Shown piece by piece: positions 37,701-51,229 of a stretch of 64,000 nucleotides of DNA. The DNA comes from Okamejei kenojei. Taxonomy: Eukaryota. The position numbers were made by a program, and so were the translations under genes. The notes beneath the pieces are model-generated. The model made no database searches. It saw only the letters and a program-made list of their open reading frames with translations, and was not told the DNA's origin. Positions within the stretch are counted from its first letter, which is position 1; each line of letters begins with the position of its first letter. Location: NCBI GenBank assembly GCA_035221665.1, contig CM069160.1, positions 34,286,001 through 34,350,000 of the forward strand. Reading direction: 5' to 3'.

Positions 37701-40249
37701 AGAGAACAACGAAAGCATAAGCAGGTTTATTCTGATACAGGAGGATTTAACCCCTTCTTAAAATAATATTGGCTCCTGAAACTGCTATGTAAATATACCG
37801 ATCAGAAGTAATAGTAAGCCATCCAATATAAAACTTATTGTATATCTCCTCCACCTGCGATTTATCCGCGTATCATTAAGATAGAAGTCCTTATAATACC
37901 TCTCCATAATGAGCGAGTGGTCTCCTCTCTCCCCGAATACGGGTAGAGCATTCGGGTAGTGGCACGCACGATAATACTTTCTTGACAAATTCTGCCTCTA
38001 TACCAAAATCAAATCCCCTTCGGCGAGAATACCTTTTTTGTCCCAAAGACGAAAGGTTTCATACCGCTAAAAATATTTAGCTTCTTCCATCCAAACTCCT
38101 TTCAGTTTTTTTAGGCAGATTTTCTCCAAACAGATAACCCAAGAGCTGAACAACCACTTGCTCGACACAGGCTTGCACATCTAGGGTGAAATATGGCCGA
38201 ATCGCCATTTCCCTTTCCTCATACAATTAATTTTCATATAATAGAATTGCACAATAAGCCCAAAGTATCTTTTTGAATCTTATCCATCTCCAATCTCTCC
38301 CCATTTGTCTCCAATAGGGCCGTATGGCAGCAGGAATTAATTTGAGGATTTTTGAAATCTCACTTCTTGAGCTCTCATACTTGGAGTCATGGATGTCCAT
38401 ATCAACGATTAACCGTCGCACTTCCAATGAAGCACAATTTCTTGGAGTTTTAATACAATTCTGAGATGTTTCAATCATCACAGAATCATTAGTTTGGTGA
38501 GATACCATATAGATTTATGTTGGCAGATTGTATTTTCTTCCAAGCCTCACACTTCCTTCAGGTATAGCAAATTCTTTGCTATCCCAGGCACATTTGGCCT
38601 TTGACTTTTTACTTTGTGGTGTGCATTCAAAATCCAAATCACCACCAGCAGGGTCTGCCTTCTCACCCCTAAATCAATTGGGATTTCACCCCATAGACTT
38701 CTTCCGTCCCAAATCACTGGTCCGGAGTTTCAATACTCCCCAACTTGGCCCAACAGCCATAATTCAGAATCAAACCCTCAGGGCTTTTTTGGATCCCTTC
38801 TATGGTACTGTGACCCTGTCTCATGATTTTTTTGGAGAACTTTCTCCATATGCTTCCATTTTTAGCCACATAGCTTTATATCTGGAGTCTTTCAGTATCA
38901 GAGTCAATCAGAAACCGACGGGCCTCTCAGATTTTCTTTTTACATTTTTTTAGGAGCATTTCCCCGTGGTTATAATCTCTGAGATCTAGAAAACATCGCT
39001 ATCGGGTAAATCAGCGGCTCACCGGTACGGAAACAAGGATCCGCAATCTAGCTTTCTGTCCCTATTTTTATTTTCACCCCCGGGGAAATCTTTTACCCAC
39101 CCGCAAAGTTTTCTTTGCCGATTTCTCCATTTTCTTTATTATCAGTGCTAAATCAGCACGTTACGCGAACTCTGGAATTTTACTTTTACTTTCTTGCTGG
39201 ACAACCCACCCAGCGTAACCTAAAACGTACCCCCCCCCCCCACCCGATTTAGCTACGCTTACCTGCGGTGCCGTTCCGAACGCTGCGAGGACTGCTCCTT
39301 ACTGCAGCCCTCCTTCCGCCGTCCAGCGTTGACGTAATGCAGACCTCCGAACATTTGATTGTCAAAATTCATAATTATTCCCCTCAAAATTCCATATTTT
39401 TAAATGAAAATTCATAATATTCGCGCGCCCTATTCGGGGTCCCATGTCACAAATTCTAAATTGTGAAGAGTATTTAAATGCAAAATGTGAAAAAGGTACA
39501 TGTATGCTGAAGACATTCATTGTTAAACTTTGATAAACTTGGCACTAGACTCACTCTTAATTTCTCTCACTTGGGTGTTGGCCGTCGGCCTTATGCCCTG
39601 CGCACTGGTGCATATCACGGCTGCCGGCGGGCGGGTGCGGCAACATGCGCACTTGGCCAGGTTGCCGGCGGTCTGCGCCTGCGCACTGGTGGGGGTGGGG
39701 GTGGGGGGGGAGGCCCCGGTGATAAGGGGCTGCCGCGAGCGGACCGACTGCCCGGCAAGAAAGTTGCCGCGATCGTCGCGGAACGCCGGCGCCGGCCCGA
39801 GCTCTGGGCCGGGCGTGGGCGTGGCTCGAAATGGCGCCAGGCCCGGCAACACCTCCCCCACTGAATGCGCACTCGCGGCCCACTGGGCCCGGCAACCCTA
39901 CCCCACTACGCACAAGACGCGTCCACTGGGCCCGTCAACCCCTCACCCACTGCGCACGCGCGGCCACTGGGGCCCGGCAACCTCCCACCACTGCGCACGC
40001 GCGGCCACTAGGGCCCGGCAAAGTGCCCGCTGATCGCGCGGCCCGCAAACCGGGGACACATGGCGCCGCGTTCACCACGGGAGGAAGAATTTAGCGGGAT
40101 AATTAGGGTACAAATCGGGATGGCGGGAAGGGAACCTAAAAAGCGGGAATATCCCGCCAAAAGCGGGATAGTTAGGAGGTCTGCGTAATGCCGTTTGCCA
40201 GCGTGAGGCGGGTTCTTCACGTAGTCACTCACGTGACTCCGAAGTAAAA
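34751..40249 (-). mobile_element. DIRS-type tyrosine-recombinase retrotransposon, frameshifted
   Basis: On -: RT (MAKIDLKDAYY, broken YLDD), RNase H (TDAS, DN..TVAYINH), MT-like (FPPF...PNWPTQPWF), YR (LIKQSR, SISKWLK, RAAATS). Left end runs into an N gap. Confidence 0.82.
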
Positions 40250-42685
40250 TTGTCATTGTGCAGTGTTACAGTACAGAGACAACGAAATGCAGTTAGCATC
40301 TCCCAAGAAGAGCAAACGTAGAATAATGAACGGTAAAAAATATATATGTACCAAAACAGTATCACAGTGCAATTATAGCTGGGGAAGGAGTGTCCGCCGG
40401 GGGGGGGGGGGTGTGATGGCAATCACCGTGGTGCAGAGTTAAGCATTGTAACAGCCGCAGGGAAGAAGCTGTTCCTGAACCTGCTGGTCCGGCAACGGAG
40501 GGACCTGTAGCGCCTCCCGGATAGGAGGAGGGTAAACAGTCTGTGGCTGGGACAAGTCCTTGACGATTCTGCGCGCCCTTCGCAGACATCGCTTGCTATG
40601 GACAGACTCAATGGAGGGGAGTGAGGAACCGGTGATGCGTTGGGCAGTTTTCATCACCCTCTGCAGTGCTTTCCGGTCGTAGACAGAGCAGTTGCCATAC
40701 CATACTGTGATACAGTTGGTAAGGATACTCTCGATGGTGCTTCATCAGATGGACCTTCTTTAGTCTCCTCAGGAAGAAGAGACGCTGGTGAGCCTTCTTG
40801 ACCAGTGTAGAGGTATTGTGGGTCCAAGAGAGGTCATCAGAGATGTTGACCCCCAGAAACCTGAAGCTGGAAACACGTTCCACCCCTGTCCCAAATAATA
40901 TGAGATGGGGGTGTGCGTGCAGCCCCTAGACCTTCTGTAGTCCACAATGAGCTCCTTGGTCTTCTTGGAGTTAAGGGCCAGGTTGTTGTCTCGGCGCACC
41001 ATCTGCTAGGAGCTGAACCTCCCTCCCTATAGCCGACTCATCGTGTCGCTGTTGAGGCCAATTCACCGGTCGTGTCATCTACATACTTGATGATGGTGTT
41101 AGAGCCATGTACAGGTGTGCAGTCGTAGGTGAAGAGGGAGTAGGGGAGGGGGCTCAGTACACAGCGCTTGAATGCCGGTGCTCCAGGGTGAGGTGAAGAG
41201 GTGTGGTTGTCCAACCCTAACAGACTGGGGTCTGTTAGTCAGGAAATCCAGTATCCAGTTGCAGGGGCGGGGTTGATGCCCTGGTCGCCGAGTATTGGTG
41301 ATCAATTTTTAGTGGATAATGATTCGTTAAATGCTGAGCTAAGTCATGAACAGCATTCTCACGTAGGTATCTCTGTTATCGAGGTGGGAGAGGTGCGGAG
41401 TGAGTGCCATTGAGATGGCATCCCCGACTCCTGTTTCTTCGGTAGGCAAACGAAAGGGGGTCCTGTGTGGAGGTAGGCAGCCTTTTGAGGTGTGCCAGGA
41501 CCAGCCTCACGAAAGCACTTGTGATTATGGGAGTAAGTGCAACTGGGCGGAAGTCGGTGAGGCTCGCCGCAGTGAGTGTTTTGGCACCGCACGATGATGT
41601 TGTTTTAAGGCACGTGGGGCCCACTGCTTGGGCAAGTGACAGGTTTGAGAAGATGTCAGTCCAGACGTCTGGTCAGCTGTGCAGTCACAGGGTCCTGAGG
41701 ACTCGCCCCAGGGGATGCCGTCAGGCCAGCAGCTTAACGTGCAATTAATCCTGTTCAGTGCAGAAGACACGTCACAGGGTGTGAGTGTGAGGGGCTGGTG
41801 ATCACAGGGAGCACAGCCTTGAAATGGCCATCTCTTGGTTGTCCCTGTTCAAAACGGCCATAAATGTGGTTAAGCTCCTCAAGGAAGGATGAGTCGCTGG
41901 ATGTTTGGGTGATTTGTGGGTTTATAGTCCGGTGATGCCCTGGGATGCCTGCCACATCGTTCCGGGGTCAGAGTTGTTTGTTGAAGCTCCTCATCCCTAA
42001 GCTTGTAGCTACGTTTGCCTTGCTTGATGCCCCTCTCAGGTTAGCCCATGGGATGAAACCGTAGGCTCGAGCATCGCCTGACCTGAAAGCGGTGTCACGT
42101 GCCATTCAGCAGTAGCCTGACCTCGCTGTTCATCGCAGGGCTTCAGATTCGGGAATGAGGTATCCGTCTTGAGGGTGGTGACATTTTGATGGTGGAGTTG
42201 ATAAGACTCCCAGAACAGAGATGTATAAGTGTCTGTGTCCGTGTGGGAGTCGAAGGTGGCCTGGGCTCAAACCACCATTCCAGTCATGTTTTCCAAAACC
42301 GCTGGCTGAAGTGTGGAGTCAAACCTCCTCTGACTGACCAGAACTTTTAACAGTTCTCACTGTGGGTTTACCCGTCCTGATGAGTGGTGAGTACTTAGGG
42401 AGCAGGAACAATGAGAGGTGATCAGACTGACCAAGGTGGGGGAGGGGAAAGGCTTTGTAAGCTTCAGCCATATTTGTGTAAACTTTATCCAGGGTTCTGT
42501 CTTCTCTAGTGGCAAAGGAGACATGTTGGTGGAATTTTGTGAGTACAGACTTCAGGTTTCAGTGATTAAAGTCACCCGCAACAATGAAGACTGCCTCGGG
42601 GTTGTGAGTCTGTTGTTCGCTAATGGCAGTGTGCAGTTCTTTCTTTGCAAGCTTCGCATTAGCATCAGGAGCGATATAGGCTGCA
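40250..42685 (-). mobile_element. Rex1/Babar-like LINE (EN and RT), frameshifted
   Basis: [64 protein letters not shown]. Confidence 0.85.
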
Positions 42686-43302
42686 TATGGACCTGGTCAA
42701 ATAACGTCTCATCAACAGTTAAGAGAGCGCAGCAGCGGTTGCACTTTCTGCGCCGGATGAGAAGAGCTCACCTCCCCCATCCCGGCCTCACCACTTTCTA
42801 CAGGGACACCATAGAGAATATTTTGACCAGCTGTATCGCTGTCTGGTTTGGGGACTGTAAAGCCTCCGACTGGAAATCCGTGCAGAGAGTGGTGAGGACG
42901 GCTGAAAAAATCATCGAGACTTCTCTCCCCTCAATCGGGGACATTGCAACCAAACTTGCGTGTCAAGCCAGCAGTATATAAAGGAACCCCACACATCTCC
43001 ATCACGACTGTGTTCACTCAGCTGCCCTCGGCAAAGATATCGTACATAAGGACAGAAACATCAAAGGTTCTGCAACCATCTTCTCCCCCACGAGCCATCA
43101 GACTCCTGAATGCCATGTAATAGGCCTGCAACCCATTGTCTATTGTCTCCTTTCATCCATTTTATCCATTTTATTCCATTTTATCCTTCTGTTTATTATC
43201 GTTTTGCACGGTGGAGCCCGAATACAACGGAATTTTGTTTGGAATTGCATATATCGATGTATTACAAATGACAATAAAGTTTGTTTGATTGATTTTGATT
43301 GA
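42686..43302 (+). mobile_element. Rex1-like LINE 3' fragment
   Basis: KRAQQRLHFLRRMRR...VQRVVRTAEKII; AATAAA plus (TTGA) tail. Confidence 0.8.
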
Positions 43303-44139
43303 CATTAACAAAATCAAAAATAAAAATAAATCTCTTCCCCAGATGCTGCCTGGACCTGCTGAATGTTTTCAGCATCCGCAGTAATAAATCCAGGCTGAGA
43401 GTGACAGGGGTACATGCTGGGCCCTTGAGAGTGTGGTGTAAACGGAGAGATCCAGGGGTCCGAGTATATGGCCACCTGGAAGTACACACTCGCGGTCATT
43501 ATTGGGAAATGTGTCATCCACCACAACCAGCCAATAGTGACCTTTATTGCCTGTGGGGCAAGGAACCTATATGTGGCAGCATTCTGTTTGATTTGCATTC
43601 GAGGAGGGATTACCTCCTGACACACTTGGGGGGGGGGGGGGGGGGGGGGGGCAGTTAATCCTTCGCTTCGGTGGGATTATACTTGACCTTGATTTTGGGA
43701 AAATGATGCAACGAGGTGGANNNNNNNNNNNNNNNNNNNNNNNNNNNNNNNNNNNNNNNNNNNNNNNNNNNNNNNNNNNNNNNNNNNNNNNNNNNNNNNN
43801 NNNNNNNNNNNNNNNNNNNNNNNNNNNNNNNNNNNNNNNNNNNNNNNNNNNNNNNNNNNNNNNNNNNNNNNNNNNNNNNNNNNNNNNNNNNNNNNNTATG
43901 GTGAGTACATTTTACCTTCAGTAAGGAGACAAAGACTGTGCCCCAGGTGAGGCCTCATCAACATCCTATATAACTGTGACGAGGCTTCCCAACATTTATT
44001 CTCCATTCCCCTCAATTAAAATCACTGGGACAGATGTGATGGAACTCCAGTTAAACACATTCCCATGGCTGCCCTACATTTACTCAAGTTACTTCTCAAT
44101 ATAAACATTGCAACAGCACGTTCTTAATTATGTAATTAT

Positions 44140-44798
44140 TGTGAGGGATAAAGTGATTAAACCCTATTAAAGAAAGGAGTTTTAAAGAGAATTCAAACAG
44201 AGAGGGGCTGGAGAGAGGATTCTGACACAGCAGTGTCTGAAGGTTGCCAGACCCATCCTTGAGTAAGAAGAGATAGCATTGTATAGCTAGAGAAGGGAGT
44301 GATGTAGAGAGATCCCTATCAGTGGAAAGGAGTGATGGATGGGACCCTTGTCACTATAGCTTAGCTTTAGTACTGATATAGGAAAACTGAGAGGGTTCAC
44401 TAGGAGGTGAATAAAACTGGGCCAGGTCATGAGCAGCTGAGCATGCTTAATAGAATAAATGAATATTACAACACACCCCTGGTCAAGAAAAATTGCTCAT
44501 TAAACCATGAACATGTTTGAAACATGCAATGTATGATATGGGAGGTGCGAGGGGATGTACGGTGGGATGTACCTACAGATTGTGCACCTGCCGACCCTGA
44601 TTGGGAGAAGGGTCCGGAGGGGGATTGAATGTAAGATTTGTGTATAAAGGGGGAGAGATAAATGGTGGTGATCTCTCTGGCTTCGGTGTGTCTCGATGTT
44701 GGAGAGGCACCCGGTCTGCAGACTCGTAAAATAAAGAAATCTCTTGCTTCCAGGATTTAGTCTTTGAGTATTAATTGTGAGCATAAAGGTATCTCACA
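44140..44798 (+). repeat. 5' LTR
   Basis: Matches 51230-51798; contains TATAAA and AATAAA. Confidence 0.93.
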
Positions 44799-44801
44799 AA
44801 T

Positions 44802-44821
44802 TGGGGGGCTCGGTCCGCGAT
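44802..44821 (+). other. Primer-binding site, tRNA-Pro-like
   Basis: TGGGGGGCTCGGTCCGCGAT versus canonical TGGGGGCTCGTCCGGGAT. Confidence 0.75.
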
Positions 44822-45111
44822 CGGCCACTCCTCCCGGCTGCTTGGTGGAGGACAAGGAAGGAGGGGAAGGTGCACCCACTGGCTGATATTCAGCAGTCCT
44901 CTGATCTCCTTGCTTGCCATCAGCAGTTTGAGAGTGATATCCGCTGGAAAAGACCCGGGAAGGGCAAGAGGGGGTGTAAGGTAAATACGTACGGGAGACG
45001 GTCCAAGCGATCTTGTGCACAAGGACCCCAGGTAAAGAAAAACGAACTAAACGCCTTAAGTATTACCTGAGGGCGAACCGGGTCTGTCGGACGGGAATAC
45101 CGACGAGGTAA

Positions 45112-47637
45112 ATGGGAAACCGGAACGGGAAAGAGTAAGGGTCGCGGGAACCTGGGATGAGGCTCATACTGATATGGAGCCTAACATTCCGCCCCGATAG
45201 TCCGTTGGGGCAAACGAATGTTGGATGGGGTGAAGGGAACACCCGGGATAAGAGTAAGGAAACTATGTGCCTCTCACCAGTATGGGGGTGAGGAACTTTA
45301 AAAGGGAGATGAAAAGTTTATAAACTTGGAAGACCCCTTGGGACTGGCTGAACAAATAGATCAGTTCCTAGGGCCAAAAATGTTTTTATGAAAAATATTG
45401 AGTGTTTCAAACAATCTCATTGAAGTAAGAATGGAATACTAATGTAATGTGTGTAAAAAAACCAGTTTTGTATGAATGAGGAAGTTTGTATATGTGATAG
45501 GTTTGTTTGCTGTGGGCCACATGTTGTAAGGGTATGTGTGTGTGTTCCTTTAAGGAATTGTAAGCAATGGGGGAGGTTATTGTAAGGTAATGGACAACGC
45601 CTGTTTGTATCATCGCAACTTAAAAAGGGGAAGTTGGAAAATGTAGGTTGCTTGGCTTCTATAGATTTCTTTTCAGTAAAGTTAATTTGGAAAATTGTTA
45701 GTCGTATGTATTTAAAAACTAGGAATTGGAACTTTGGGAAATTGTAGGGAGAATGGTTTGAACAAAATTAGAAATAAGTTAATTGCTGAACAACAAGCAG
45801 CTTTTATGGTTTGTTTAGATAAACATTCTGGTTGGAGAAGGGTAATAAATTAATGGGGCCCAGGAAAAAAAAGGAGTTGGCAGACAATGATGTCAATAAG
45901 GGGAAGTTTGTTTACTTCAGAAGAAAGACAGATGGTGACAGGCAGGAGAAGGGGTTACAGGATTAAAGCGGGAGCAGTAAAATATCCCATTACTGCGCGG
46001 ATTGGAGTAACCAAACAGAAAAAGTATGAGAGATCTCAGGGAGATAATAATCAAGGGAATTAGAGAAGCCGTTCCCAAGGGGCAGAATTTCGAACGGGCT
46101 TTTGAAAATCAGCAGAATAAGGACGAACCTATGACAGTGTTTTTACAAAGATTAAGGAAGAATGTCCAGCAGTATTCGGGGATAGACCCTGATACGGCCG
46201 CAGGTCAGCAGTTGTTGAAGGTTAATTTTGTAACAAAATCATGGCCAGATATTAGAAAGAAATTGGAAAAATTGGAAGATTGGAATGAAAAACCATTGAA
46301 TCAGTTGTTGACAGAGGCTCAAAAGGTATATTCAGATTCAGATTCAGATTCAGATTCCTTTATTGTCATTCAGACCTTTTGGTCTGAACGAAATTTGTTA
46401 CCTTGCAGTCATAACATGTAATAAATTAAAACAAAACACACAATAAACACATATTTAACATCCACCACAGTGAGTTCACCAGGCACCTCCTCACTGTGGT
46501 GGAAGGCAAAAGTCTTAAAGTCTTTGTCTTTTTCCCCTACTTGCTCCCCCTCTGTACTGAGGCAATCCAGGCCTTCGATGTCATCATCCACTAGGCCCGC
46601 GGCCGAGCCTCCGAAGCCAGGCCGTCACCTCCGCCGTTGCCGGAACACCATCACAGCTCCCAATCAGGATCGACCACGGGAACGCTGGAGCGCCGGAGCT
46701 CTGAAGCCGGGCCGCCGCCGGAGCACCGCTGGAGAGCCCGCTGGAGCGCCGAAGCCTTTTAACCGACAAGCCGGGGCCGCCGCTGGCGCATAGCAGCACC
46801 GCCGGAGAGCCGCTGGAGCGCCGAAGCCGGGCCGCTGCTGGAGCACCGCTGGAGAGCCGCTGGAGCGCCGAAGCCCCGAAGCCGGGCCGCCGCTGGACCA
46901 CCGCCGGAGAGCCGCTGGAGCGCCGAAGCCGGGCCGCTGCTGGAGCACCGCTGGAGAGCCGAAGCCCGGCCGCTGCTGGAGCACCGCTGGAGCAACTGCC
47001 GGAGCGCCGAAGCCCCGAAGCCGGGCCGTTGCCGCCGCTGGAACACTGGAGCTCCGAACGCTCGCCACAGCTCCGCCATTAGGCCTCAGCACAGACGGAG
47101 ACACGACAAGAAAAAGTCGCATCCGCCCGAAGGGAGAGACTAAAACCCTGTTTCTCCCACCCTCCCCCCCCCCCCCCCCCCCACACACACACAAACACAG
47201 TCTAATAAACCAAAATTCTAACTAAAACAGACACAAAAAGACGAAAAAAAACAGACGGACTGCAGGTGAGCCGCAGCTGCCACGCAGCGCCGCCACTTCT
47301 GGATATGTAAGACGGGATGAGGAGAAACAGAAGGGAAAGGCAAAAATGATGTTGCAAGCAATACAGCAAGTAGTACAGAAGGGGGGAATTGAAGGTGATA
47401 GAAAGCCGGGTGCTCGTGGAGACCGGGGAAGGGGAAGCAGTAGTATTAGAGGACGAGGAAGAGGTGAATGGAGGGACCGAAGTTGGGGTCCCCGGGAAAA
47501 CAAAGAACAAGGATCAGAAGGGTGGTACACGGGGCCCACCCCGTGTTTATTATTGTAACGAGGAGGGTTATTTCAAGAGGGAATGTCCCAGGCTACGACG
47601 GGAGGTGCAGTCGTACGCACTCATGGAGGAAGAATAG
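45112..47637 (+). pseudogene. gag: ERV gag, interrupted
   Basis: LREIIIKGIREAVPK...FVTKSWPDIRKKLEK...EAQKVY|VRRDEEKQK, a degenerate Zn knuckle (YYCNEEGYFKREC), then TAG GGG AGT CAG. Confidence 0.85.
46332..47302 (-). mobile_element. Non-autonomous LINE-mobilised element inserted in gag
   Basis: (ATTCAG)n tail and TTTATT, GC-rich internal repeats, apparent ATAT duplication; removal restores KVY-VRRDEE. Confidence 0.75.
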
Positions 47638-49250
47638 GGGAGTCAGGGGTTCCGCTCCCTGGGGAGTATGGGATACCACACGGGGGTAACCTCTGGTAAA
47701 CTGAGATTAGGACTCCAGGGAGAGGATATGGTATTTAATGGTAATTGGGAGTGGAGAGAAATCAAGTGGAACTAAGATACCAGAAGAAATTGGATTAGGT
47801 GAAAAACAAGTCAGAATCTCGGGGGTAGGAGGGAAAAGTGATGACATTACCCCGAGGTAAGAAGGGGTGGTGGTGGTAAAAAATGAGGATCGAGAAGTCA
47901 GTGGAAGATTTTAAAAGGAAGGTGAATAAATTTGCAAAGGAGGATAAACTATCTGAGAAGTAAGACATTGAGTTTAGAATGAGAAAGAAGGCAGATCAGA
48001 AAGGATTAAAGTGGGAAGCAGAGGGATGAATTGATGAGACTGCTTTAGAAAGAAAGAGCGTGAAAAAGGAAAGACAATGTTGTCAGTAACAACAGACCTG
48101 GTTGAAAAGTCTGAAATAAGTAATGCACCGACACACAGTGAGTCCTATAACAGGGGCCAGAGATTACATGCCAATAATAAATGTATTTGGGAGAGTGTTT
48201 TCTCAAATGCCCTATCGGGAGTGAAATAAATCTGGATTTAAGCCCAGACAAGGCTAGTAAGGAGATAGGTAATGGATAAGGTGTGTTGGGGATGTGAACA
48301 GGTACGATAATCAGGAAATAATAATAATAATAATAATAATAATGATCTTAATAATAATATTAAGATAATGGTGAACATAGCTATGGTAAGAACATTAAGA
48401 AGAGATATTAAATACACCTAGGCTAGGATGCGGCAGCGTTTTAAATACTTCGCCGCCGTGTTTTTAATCAGATGTTGTAGGCAGATTTGGAAGGTGTTGA
48501 TATAGTATGTGGATGATTTGTTGGTTTGTTCCACAAGTGAGGAGCAATGTGAGAGAGAGACATTGTAATTATCTTGGAAAAGATGGCACAGGAGGGGTCA
48601 TGATGTATCAAGGAAGAAGTTTTTTGTTTTGTCAGCAGCAGGTAGAATATTTTGGACGAGTAATAATCTAAAGAAGTAAAAGGCTATAGCGCAGGATCAA
48701 ATTGGAAGCTTGCCTGCAATCTTGCTTAGCTCAATTGGCAGAAATTAAGGCTTTAAGAGCAGCATATGTACATGGAGTCTGGCACATGTTTGGAGCAGTA
48801 GGGAAACAGAAAGGCTTTGAGAAAAGCAACGGAGACCCCATGCAAAGTTAGCAGTGTCCCCCTGTGAAATGTTGTTTGGGTTACCTTATTTGGGAAAAAG
48901 ATAGAAGGAATACCCACCATAAAGGGCAGTGATGTATTCTTAAGGAACTATTTACTGGCAGTATCCCGTTCCCTTACAGAATTAAAAGCTAAAGGACTAT
49001 TGGCTCAAAGCCCACCACTCGACTTTCCGATACATGCTGTAAAGGCCGGCGACTGGGTACTGGTCAAGAATTGGAAGGAGGAGAAACTCCAGCCCAGGTG
49101 GACGGCCCCATTACTAGTATTACTGACAACCGAGACAGCAATACGAACAAAAGAAAAAAGGGTGGACCCACGCGATCCGGGTTAAAGGACCCGTCGATCC
49201 ACCCGTTCCTGATGAGGAGGAACAGTGGAACGGTGAAGCCAGGGAAATAA
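47638..49250 (+). pseudogene. pol: ERV pro-pol, heavily deleted
   Basis: YVDDLLV near 48507; integrase C-terminus GDWVLVKNWKEEKLQPRW..P..VLLTTETA. Confidence 0.8.
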
Positions 49251-49289
49251 ACCCCTAACAGTAATTTTTTTTTAAAAAGCATTGAATGT

Positions 49290-51116
49290 ATAATTGACAG
49301 TATGAAAGGAGCATAGTCGTGGGTATTGTTTTGGCTTTGTATGTAATTGTGGTAAAAGGTATTAATAATTGTGATAAATGTTATCATCCTATTCAATACA
49401 GAGGGGTAATAACCAGATCATTTACCTATCATTCCATGTGAACAAAGTATGCCATGGACCGAAAGACTAGAATCATTTGTAAGAGGGGGGGAAAAAGGAG
49501 AAAGGAGTATTTGATTGCAGGCAATAGGGGGTATATAGGGAAGTTTGGGGCCGTTTACCTGCCCTAAGGGAGAGAGAGATGGGTTTGGTGTACAGTTAGT
49601 TTTCCCTTCTCAGATCGTAAAAGGGGGCAATAGATAAGACGAAGGAGGAAGTAGTAAAAAAAAGAGGTTACTAAGGTAGTAGTCACTAAGCCTCTCCTTC
49701 CCCCACATACTCAGCCTCAAGTGCACCAGACAATGTACGAAGAAATCAAGAAGCAGATCGAAAATCCCTGAAGGAGAAAAAAAAATACTGTTTGTGGACT
49801 TGGCCACCCGGATTGCTGGGACCCTGAATGTGAACTAACTGTTGGGTCTGCGGAGGACCACTGATGAATTCACGCTGGCCGTGGAGAGGATCCATTGTTG
49901 AAATATGGGACCTGATGGGGTGGAACCTGACAGTTTGGACAAGGACCGAGATCCCCAGGTATTGGGTCCTGACAGACGCTCCGGTCGGGGACTGAGTGTA
50001 TCGCTAGGCCCTGGGCAAAGGATGCCGTCCTAGTTAGGCCAGGCAGCCCCTGCCAGCGCATCGTCACCCAGTGGCCCAAATCAGTCCCGAGTGTGGTTGG
50101 CCAGAGGAGCCTAAATGGTATCTAACTAAGAAATATGGGAAAAACTGCGCTATCCGGATGGAGATTGATGGAGTGGAATCAGCCGGGGGACTATGGAACT
50201 GCACCGGGAATAACCCCTTATCAGGGGGATCCCAGTATTGCGAGATATATGGAACAAGGTTGCCTCTAGTGGACACAGGCCCCTGAAGGACTGTTATGGA
50301 TATGTGCATTACAAGGCATAACTCGGTGTTTACCGATGAATTGGCGTGGGACTTGTTTTATTTGGACTGGTGCAACCTGGATTCTTCCTGTTAAACCCCA
50401 AAGAAGGGTGGCCGGTCGTTAGGAACACCTGTATTTGATGACCTATATCGGAAAAAAAAAAAAGGAAAATAGACATTGGAGAATGGGAAGATGATGAATG
50501 GCCACCAGCAAGAATCATCTCATAATACGGACCAGCCACTTGGGCACCGGAATGGATCCTGGGGCTACCGAACACCAGTATACATGTTAAACCGGTTCAT
50601 AAGGCTACAGGCAGTACTGGAGGGTAATTACCAACCAAAAACTGCGGGGGCGCTGGAGATGCTGGCAAAGCAGTTAGACGCAGATGAGAGCAGCAATACA
50701 CCAGAACAGGTTAGCCCTAGATTACCTTACTGGCAGAAGAAGGAGGGGGTTATGGCGGGAAATTTTTTCAACCTCTCTAATTGCTGTTTGAACATCGATG
50801 ATAAATGGACAGGCAGTGATGGACATATCAGAAGGGATCCGGGAAGTTGGCGCATGTTTCCAATACAAAAGTGGAATTTGATTATGGGAACCCAATGGTT
50901 GTTGATTCCATCCTCGGAGGAACATGGTGGGAGGAACGGTGGGACTTGTGTTTCTATTGTGCAGTGGCTGGACTGATCTTTATCCCCTGTTGTATCCCTT
51001 GTTTTAGGGAACTTATTACCAGAAAGTATAAGTCAGATGCAGGCTGTAGTCATGCCTATGGGAGAGAAAGGGGAAATACAGAAAATAATGATAATGCGGC
51101 CAGGGGAAGTTTATGA
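49290..51116 (+). pseudogene. env: ERV env, frameshifted
   Basis: CWVCGG, IGEWEDDEWPP, WGYRTPVYMLNRFIRLQAVLE, QNRLALDY immunosuppressive motif, NLSNCCLNIDD, TM-like LIFIPCCIPC. Confidence 0.85.
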
Positions 51117-51229
51117 TTTACAGGTAGCAGAAGGTTTAGGACGATGTTTAACGTCAGTTCGAATTGAAGGAACTTAAAATGAGGGTTTAATCAGTGTATG
51201 CGTAGCAAAAGAAAAAAAAAGGGGAGGAT

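Noticed and set aside
39520-40094. GC-rich overlapping ORFs
   Set aside because: Low-complexity GC sequence in the DIRS 5' region with no domain motifs.
49290-51116. Domesticated (syncytin-like) env gene
   Set aside because: Many frameshifts in this assembly and embedded in a recent two-LTR provirus; revisit only if polishing restores the ORF.
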